A program made the position numbers and the translations under genes. The notes beneath the pieces are model-generated. The model was not told where the DNA came from. It made no database searches and saw nothing but the letters and a program-made list of their open reading frames with translations. From NCBI RefSeq assembly GCF_009914755.1, contig NC_060931.1: 64,000 nt of DNA; one strand, given 5' to 3'. Each line of letters begins with the position of its first letter. The first letter of the stretch is position 1. Positions 53,701 through 64,000 of the stretch are shown here, piece by piece. This DNA comes from the human T2T-CHM13v2.0 reference genome, Homo sapiens.

Positions 53701-56132
53701 AGTTCTGCTCTGATCTTTGTGATTTATTTTCTTCTGCTTGGGTTTGGGTTTGGTTGGTTCTTGTTTCTCTTGCTCGCTGAGGTGTGACCTTATAATGTCT
53801 ATTTGTACTCTTTCAGACTTTTTGATGTAGGCATTTAATGCTATAAACTTTCCGATTAGCACCACCCGTGCTGTATCCCAGAAGTTTTGATAGGTTTTGT
53901 CACTATTACCATTCAGTTAAAAGATTTTTTTAATTTCCATCTTGATTTCATTGTTGACCCAACAATCATTCAGGAGCAATTACTTCATTTCCATGTATTT
54001 GCATGGTTTTGAGGGTTCCTTTTGGAGTTAATTTCTAATTTTATTCCACTGTGGTCTGAGAGAGATAACCTGATGGCTATGTGCCTAGGCAATGATCTTT
54101 TTGTGGTGAATTTCTGAGGTGTTCTTTGAGCTTCTTGTATTTGGATGCCTAGATATCTAGCAAGGCCAGAGAAGTTTTCGATTATTCTCTCAAATATGTT
54201 TTCTATATTACTCTATTTTCATGCTGCTATGAAGAAATACCCAAGACTGGGTAATTTGTAAAGAAAAAGAGGTTTAATGGACTCCCAGTTCCACATGGCT
54301 GGAGAGGCCTCACAATCATGGCAGAAGGCAAAGGAGGAGCAAAGGCACATCTTCTGTGGTGGCAGACAAGAGAGGGCATGTGCAGGGAAACTGCCCTCTA
54401 AAATGCCATCAGATCTGATGAGACTTATTCACTATCATGAGAACAGCATGGGAAAAACCCACCCCCATGATTCAATTACCTCCCACTGGGTCCCTCCCAC
54501 TACACATGGGGATTGTGGGAGCTACAATTCAAAATGAATTTTGGGAGAGAACACAGCCAAACCATATCATTTTCCAAACTTTCAGATTTCTTCCTTGGGA
54601 ACACCAGTTATTCTAACGTTTGTTCATTTAACATAATTCCTAACTTCTTGGAGGCTTTGTTCATTTTTTTAAAATTCTTTTTTCTTTGTCTTTGTCAGAT
54701 TGGGTTAATTCAAAAGCCTCGCCTTTGAGCTCTGAAGTTCTTTCTTCTTCGTGCTTGATTCTACTGCTGAGACTTTTCAGCAAATTTTGCAATTCTCTGT
54801 GTCCTTAATTTCCAGAACTCATAATTATTTTTTGTTTTAATGCTATTTATTTTACTGGAGATTTTTCCATTCATATCATATTCTGTATCTTTTTTTAAAT
54901 TTCTTTAAGTTGGAATTCACTTTTTCTGGTGCCTTCTTGATTAGCTTAATAGTTGACATTCTGAATTCTTTTTCTGACGATTCAGAGATTTTGTCTTGGT
55001 TTGGATCCATTGCTGGTGAACTAGTGTGATCTTTTGGGGGTGTTAAAGAATCTCGTTTTGTCACATTACCAGAAATGTTTTTCTCGTTCCTTCTCATGTG
55101 GGTAGACTGTGTCAGAGGGAAGATCTGGGACTCAAGCGCTGCTGTTGAGATTCTTTTATCCCATGGGGTGCTCTCTTTATGTGGCGCTCTCCCCTCTCCC
55201 CTAGGGACGGGGCTTCCTGAGAGCCAAATTGCAATGATTGTTATTTCTCTTTGGATCTAGCCACACAGCAGAGCTACCTGGTTCTGGGCTGGTACTGGAG
55301 AGTGTTTGCAAAGAGTCCTGTGATGTGATTCATCTTCAGGTGTCTCAGCCATGGATACCAGCACCTGCTCCAGTGGAGGTAGCAGGGGAGTGAAGTGGAC
55401 TTTGTGAAGATCCTTGGTTAAATTTTTGTTAAGTGTGCTGGTTTTGTGTTGGTTGGCCTCCAGCCAGGAGGTGGGTACTTTCAAAGGTGCATCAGCTGCA
55501 CTTGTATAGGGAGGATTCAAGATTGCCCTAGGGTCAAGAGATGGGCAGGGCCATAGGGCTCCCAAGGGATGATGTCTTTTGTCTTTGCCTACCGGGATGA
55601 ATAGAGAAAGACCATCAGGTGGGGGCAGGGTTAGGCTTGTCTGAACTCAGACTCTCCTTGGGTGGGGCTTGGTTTGTCTGCTGCAAGGGAAGGTTTCCAG
55701 GGAGGATTATGGCTGCCTCTGCTGTGTCATACAGGTTGCCAGGGAATGGGGGAAAGCTGGTAGCCACAGGCTCACCCAGCTCCCTTGCAGTCAACAGCCA
55801 GAAAGGCTGATCTCACTCTCACTGTGCCCCCACCAACTGCACTGGGTTTATTTCTCAGGCAGCCAGTGAGCAGGGCTGAAAACTTGCCCCTGGCTGCAAG
55901 CCTCCCAGCTGAGAAAGCAAGCGGACTCACAGACTCACAATTCCTTGGCTGTCCCATGGAGGCTTCAGTAGCAATCTGCCTCCTTCAAAGGGTCTGTGGA
56001 TTCTCTTGGCTTTCCTGGTATGTTCCTGTGGTAGCTCTTAGAGCAAAAGTTCACAATATGAGTCTCCACGCACTATTCTGTCCGTCCAAATGGGAGCTGC
56101 AAGTTAGTCCTACCTCCTGTTTGCCATTTTCC
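50721..56132 (-). mobile_element. L1PB1-like element with intact ends and an internal deletion
   Basis: 3' end TTATTTCAATAGGTTTTT.GGGAACAG. ORF2 pieces ([27 protein letters not shown]). 5' end (rev. comp.) GGAAAATGGCAAACAGGAGGTAGGACTAACTTGCAGCTCCC. TSD CTCTTGCTAA at 50711-50720 and 56133-56142. Confidence 0.9.
54204..54569 (-). mobile_element. THE1 (THE1C-like) solo LTR inside L1PB1
   Basis: ...ATGCTGCTATGAAGAAATACCCAAGACTGGG...ACACAGCCAAACCATATCA. Perfect TSD TTTTC at 54199-54203 and 54570-54574. Confidence 0.92.
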
Positions 56133-57429
56133 CTCTTGCTAACTTTAAAATTATTTCTTTCACCTTGACTTTAGACATTCTGAATATAATATGCTATAGT
56201 AAAGGCCTTTTAGCAATGTATTTGCCTGGGGATTACTGGGCCTTCTCTATTTGGATGTCTAACTCCCTTGATAGACATGAAATCTATTATAGAATAATTT
56301 ATAAATTTCGTTGCTTTATGTATTCCCAGGTGTCCCAAAGGCTTTGTTCATCCTTTTTTATTTTTTCTTTAGTTTTGTCTCACTGGCTTGTTTCAAAATA
56401 CCTGTCTTCAAGTTCTCACATTCTTTCTTCTGCTTGCTCTAGCAGATTACTGAAGCTTTAGAATGTGTTTTGAATTTTCTTCAATGAATTTTTTAGCTCC
56501 TGAATTTCTGCTTGTTGATTTGTTTATTTATTTATGTATCTATCTCCTTTCTAAATTTCTCCTTCATATCTTGATCTGATTTTCTGATTTCATTTGTGTT
56601 GATTTTCAAATTTCCCTTGCATCTCATTAAGCTTCATTAAAACCAATATTTTGAATTATTTATCTGGCAAATCAGGGAATTCTTTTTGATTAAGATCTGT
56701 TGCTGGACAATTGTTTTGGTCCTTTGGTGTCATATTTCCCTACTTTTTCATGTTTCCTGTGTCCTGATGATACTTGTGTACCTGGTGTAGCAGTCACTTG
56801 TTCCAAAATTTTGAAATTGCTTTTGTAGGCGAGTTTTTTTCCTGAGGATCATGTATCCTGTTTATTGAATTTAATACTTTGGCTTTGATTTTGGGTCCCT
56901 AGGGTAGTTTTTTCTTTGTATGTCATCTTTGGCAGTACACAGGGTCAGTTGTTTCTGTGATTTCCTGAGTGACTTAGGGTACAGTTGTTAGTTGAGGTTG
57001 TGGTGAAGTTTTGCTGGGGACTTAGGACACCAACTGAGCCCAGTCTTCAGGCCCCAGTGGTGGCAGAAGTAGGGTGAGCATGCCTGTTCTTAGGCCCCAG
57101 AGCAGCTTTCACTGCCCCTGGTGTGAGTGGGTCCTGGAGAGCTGATTCCTGGGCCTCCAGTTGGCCGGCTTAGAAGCTAGTAATGGAAATGGTGGACCAG
57201 GTATGTAGGTAGCTTCTCAGGCCACTGGGTAGCTGGCGTGGTGTGGGCGATGGTAGTAGTGGTGGTGGAGCAACTCCTGGGACCCAAGCAGTCTGTGTTG
57301 CTGTTGTTGGAAGCTCTGATGGGTTGGGTGGGCTAGTTCCCAGTCCCACAGCTGCCCATAGCAGGGTGAAGGTTATTGTACTAAGCATGCTTAAGAGAGC
57401 CTGTTCTCCCCTGTTTGTCCTCTGACTAG

Positions 57430-58500
57430 ATACCATTTACAGCTACATTGACTCAAACTGCCTGCAGGTGGGGCACACCCCAACCTTAAACTCTCAAAAT
57501 GGTGCCAGCTGGGGCTTGTGACCACATAAGGTGGGCCCATGTCAGGTGAGCAGCATGGGCAGGAAACTGTGGGGAGTGCAGTATGCTCTAGTCTTGTTCT
57601 CATGGCAGCTCATAACAAGGCATTAGATATTGTCCTAGATATGCATAGGAGAACCAGGTTTCCCTGTCCTTGATGCTGTGGTGGCTACAGCCATGTCAAC
57701 TTGAACTTGGCCTGAGGTCTGGACACAGCATGGTGTTGAAATCTCAAAATGGCACATTGACCCTACAACCACGGAGGGCAAAGCACCTCCCAGGCAGACA
57801 GTGTGGGCAAGAAGCTGTGTGGACTGCAGTCTGCTCACATCTCAGTATCAACAGCAGCTCATTGGAGAGCAGTGGGTGTTTTCCTAGATGTGCATAGGGT
57901 AGCCTGGTTTCCCTGATGCTCCATGGCTCAATGGTGGCTGCAGCCATGTCAGTCTGATCTCAGTCCAAGGGTGGGGTGCAGCCCACAGGTAAACTCTCAA
58001 AATGGCACCTTGGGCCAAGGATCAGAGGGAGCATGGCACCTTTAAAGCAAGTAGTATAGGAAGAAGCTGTGGAGGGTGTGGTCCACTCGCATCTCAGTCT
58101 CACAGGAGCCCATTGCAGAGTAATGGGTCTTGTCCTATATATGCACAGAATAATCTTGATTCCCTTTTCCTCCTTGGCTGGGCAGCTGCTGCAGCCAAAT
58201 CAGCCAGATCTCAGGCAGAGGGTGGGGTACAGCTCAGCATTAAACTCTCAAAATAGTGCCTTTGGCTTGGAAACTGAGAGGGTGGGATCCCTCTCAGGCA
58301 AGCAGCATGAGCAAGAAGCTGTGGGCAGTACAGTCTGCTCCTGTCTCAGTCTTGGCAGCCCACAGTAGGGTGGCAGGGACCCCCACAGGGGTACAGGAGC
58401 ATCCCATCTCCCTTCTCCCTTCTTGGAGCAGCGCAGTGGCTACAGCCGTATCTGTAGGTCCCTGGTATCTACAATCTCAAAATGGCTCCTAGCTGAAGCT
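57430..58500 (-). repeat. About 250-bp tandem monomer array in the L1PB 5'UTR
   Basis: (C/A)TCTCAAAAT(G/A)G recurs at 57491, 57741, 57994, 58245, 58474. GCAAGAAGCTGTG-like word at about 57559, 57807, 58059, 58311. Confidence 0.8.
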
Positions 58501-58720
58501 TCTCCAGGCTCAGATGTCTTGTGGGATCCTGTGTGGGTTCCCTTTCTGGAGCGACGTTTCTGTGCAATCATTAGGCAGCACTTCAAGTCAGGCCTGGGGC
58601 CCTAGTGGGTAAAGGATTTCTTCCACAGCTAAGATGGTAAAAGCCTGTCAGGTAGCCCTTGGGGTTTTTCTCTTACTGTTTTCCCCACCCAGGAGCCTCT
58701 CCTGGCTCTCAGACCTGATT

Positions 58721-60951
<2,231 letters not shown>

Positions 60952-60964
60952 AAAATTTACTTGC

Positions 60965-61370
60965 AAATGCAAAAGGCCAAGAATAACTATTAAAATCTTG
61001 AAGAATGAAGTTGGTAATCTTTCATACTTATAAAGTTATACAAATTAAACTGTGGTATTAGCATGACATGAGGATAGCAAACTGGATCAGTTGAATAAAA
61101 TAGAAAAACTAGAAAAATATTTACATATATAGAATCATCTGATTTATTTCTAAGTTGGAGCTACAGTGCAATATAAAAAAAGTGATCTTCACAAAAATGG
61201 CTTGGCTCAATTAGATGTTTATATGGAATTAAAAATTACCCCAATTTCTCATAATGTACAACTATCAAAATTAGATAAATCACAAAACTAGAACGGAAGG
61301 TAAAATCAATAAAATTAATAAAAGATAGCAAAGGAAAATAGCTTTGTAATCTTGTGGTATACAAAGTTTT
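60965..61370 (+). mobile_element. Old L1M ORF2 remnant (right part of the host begun at 43140)
   Basis: AAATGCAAAAGGCCAAGAATA...GAATGAAGTTGG...ACTGTGGTATTAGC continues the L1M sequence interrupted at 46210. Confidence 0.7.
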
Positions 61371-61374
61371 CTTT

Positions 61375-61551
61375 TTAAAACCACTTTATTGAGGTATGAT
61401 TGACATATAAAAAGCTGTACACATTTAATGCATACATCTCAATGAGTTTCGGGACAAGTGTACACGTGGAGAAGTATCACTACCACCAAGGCCATACATA
61501 AACACATCCATCAACTCCCAAAGTTTCCCTCTGCCCCCTTTATTATTATTA

Positions 61552-61585
<34 letters not shown>

Positions 61586-62722
61586 GAACACTTAATATTT
61601 ACGCTCTTAGCAAATTTTAATTGTAGCTATATTGTTAGTGATAGGCCCTGTGCTATATAGTAGGTCTCCAGAACTAATTTTTTTTTTTATAACTGAAACT
61701 TTGTACCTTATGACCATCCCCATACCCCACCCCAGTCCTCTGGTAACCTCCATTCTACTCTGTTTTTCAGTTTATTTTTGATTTCACATATAAGTGAGCT
61801 CATAGTATGTGTTTATATCTGACTTATCTCACTGAACAACACCCAGGTGAATCCATGCTATTGCTTTTTTAAGGTGGAATAATACTCCATTGTATGTACA
61901 GAAGAGTTTCTTACCAATACATTAACTGATGGACATTTAGATTGTTCCCATATCTTGGCTGTTGTTAATAGCCCCCTATTAACTTGGCTATTGTCAATAG
62001 CCCCGTTGTTTCCATATCTTGGCTATTGTTAATAAGGCAGCAATATACATGGGGTGCTGATAATCTCTTTGAGATTCTGGTATCAATTCCTTTGGATATA
62101 TACCCAGAAGTGGGATTGCTGGATCATATGGCAGTAGTTCTATTTTCTGTTTTTTTTTTGAGGAACCAAAATACTGTTTTCCATAGTGGCTGTACAATTT
62201 TACATTTCCATCAACAGTATACAGGGCTTTTTTTTTTCCCTCCACATCCTTGCCAACACTTAATGTTTTAAAAAAAAAAAAAAAGCCATCCTCACAGGTG
62301 TTAGGTACTATCTCATTGTGGTTTTAATTAGCATTTATCTGATGAGCAGTAATGTTTAGCACCTTTTCATATACCTGTTGGCCATGTGTATGTCTTCCTT
62401 GGAGAAATGTCTATTCAGGTCCTCTGCTTATTTTTTCATCTAGTTATTTGTTGTTTTGTTTGCTATTCAGTTTTTCTGTGATATTTAATTTTTTTTCTTT
62501 AGTTGTGCATAAGCTTTTTAGTTTGATATGGTAGTATTTTATTTTGGCTTTTTTTGCCTATGCTTTTATGGCATATCGAAAAAAATCATTGTCAAGATCA
62601 AAGTTTAGGAGCTTTTATTCCTATGTTTTCTTCTAGGCGTTTTACAATTTCAAGTCTTACGTTTAAGTCTTTAGTCCACTTTGAGTTGATTTTCATGTAT
62701 AGCATAAAAGAAGGGTCCAAAT
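61375..62722 (-). mobile_element. L1MA9/MA10/MB-like 3' portion
   Basis: CTTTATTGAGGTATGATTGACATATAAAAAGCTGTAC. Minus-strand [22 protein letters not shown]. Confidence 0.8.
61554..61582. repeat. (TG)n microsatellite
   Basis: About 14 TG units. Confidence 0.9.
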
Positions 62723-62724
62723 TG

Positions 62725-63075
62725 CTTATGAAACTAAACATACTCTATGTGATCTAGAAATTGTGCTCCTTGTTATGTACTCAAAGGAGTCAAACCTTGG
62801 GCAGTAAAAACACTCCGGATGATGTTATAATAATCCATGTTTTATACATTTGTCCAAACCCATGGAATGTACAACAGCAAGAATGAGCTCTAAATTATTA
62901 CCTTTGAGTGATTATGATGTATCATTGTTGCTTCATCAGTCATTAACCAATGCACCCCTCTGGTGGGGGATGTTGATAATGGGGGAGGCTATGCATGAGT
63001 ATATAGGAAATCTCTGTATCTTCCTTTTAATTTTGCTTTGAACCTAAAATTGCTCTATAAAATTAAAATCTTTTA
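62725..63075 (+). mobile_element. L1MC1-like 3' end
   Basis: CATTTGTCCAAACCCATGGAATGTACAAC, GGGGGATGTTGATAATGGGGGAGGCTATGCATG, GAACCTAAAATTGCTCT. Confidence 0.75.
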
Positions 63076-63104
63076 AGAACAGGCAAAACAAATCTATGGT
63101 GATA

Positions 63105-63915
<811 letters not shown>

Positions 63916-63935
63916 TACAAATCAAAATGGTGGTT

Positions 63936-64000
63936 GATACCTTTTGCCTTTGTCCCCACCCAAATCTCATCATGAATGGTAGTTCCCATAATCCGCATGT
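63936..64000 (+). mobile_element. Start of a THE1/MST LTR (cut by the window end)
   Basis: TGATAC...TGTCCCCACCCAAATCTCATC.TGAAT.GTAGTTCCCATAATCC. Confidence 0.8.

Larger units (their letters stand above)
46211..58715 (-). mobile_element. Near full-length L1PB3/4-like element (contains nested L1PB1)
   Basis: 3'UTR at 46.2 kb, decayed ORF2 to about 50.2 kb, ORF1 split at 50720/56143, repeat-containing 5'UTR at 56.8-58.7 kb. TSD TGATTT(T)AAAATT at 46199-46210 and 58716-58728. Confidence 0.85.

Noticed and set aside
57430-58500. Regularly spaced repeats as a CRISPR-like array
   Set aside because: Whole 250-bp units are homologous with no unique spacers, and they lie in an L1 5'UTR in primate DNA
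55075-58605. Dense overlapping ORFs in GC-richer DNA
   Set aside because: L1PB 5'UTRs; fewer stops because of higher GC content, and no protein motifs

Overview
AT-rich, repeat-dominated hominoid (human/great-ape-like) genomic DNA. I cannot assign the species or locus. No host protein-coding gene can be demonstrated: the ORF track is almost all Alu/L1/LTR translation or short chance ORFs. About 1-27 kb is a mix of unique sequence and old repeats (L2, MIR, MER5A/MER58/MER102, L1 3' ends, Alus). It holds a CpG-retaining promoter-like patch at 18.65-19.2 kb (YY1 and ETS motifs, strong-Kozak ATG followed by a donor on the minus strand) and a well-formed 39-nt plus-strand candidate exon at 5209-5247. 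About 27.5-64 kb is mostly stacked retroelements. The clearest structures are: (i) a four-level nest, old L1M > L1PB3/4-like > L1PB1 > THE1 LTR, with the three inserted layers each showing a readable target-site duplication (TSD); (ii) a very young 5'-inverted (twin-primed) L1PA2/L1HS-like insertion whose target overlaps the TSD of the older L1PB and which carries a possible short 3' transduction; (iii) a tailless 25-nt U6 retrocopy with a perfect TSD; (iv) a 77-bp extremely 5'-truncated young L1. I found no convincing evidence of a wholly new biological system. The best leads for undescribed function are the candidate promoter and exons, which are inference only. Subfamily names come from recalled consensus features, not from a search.
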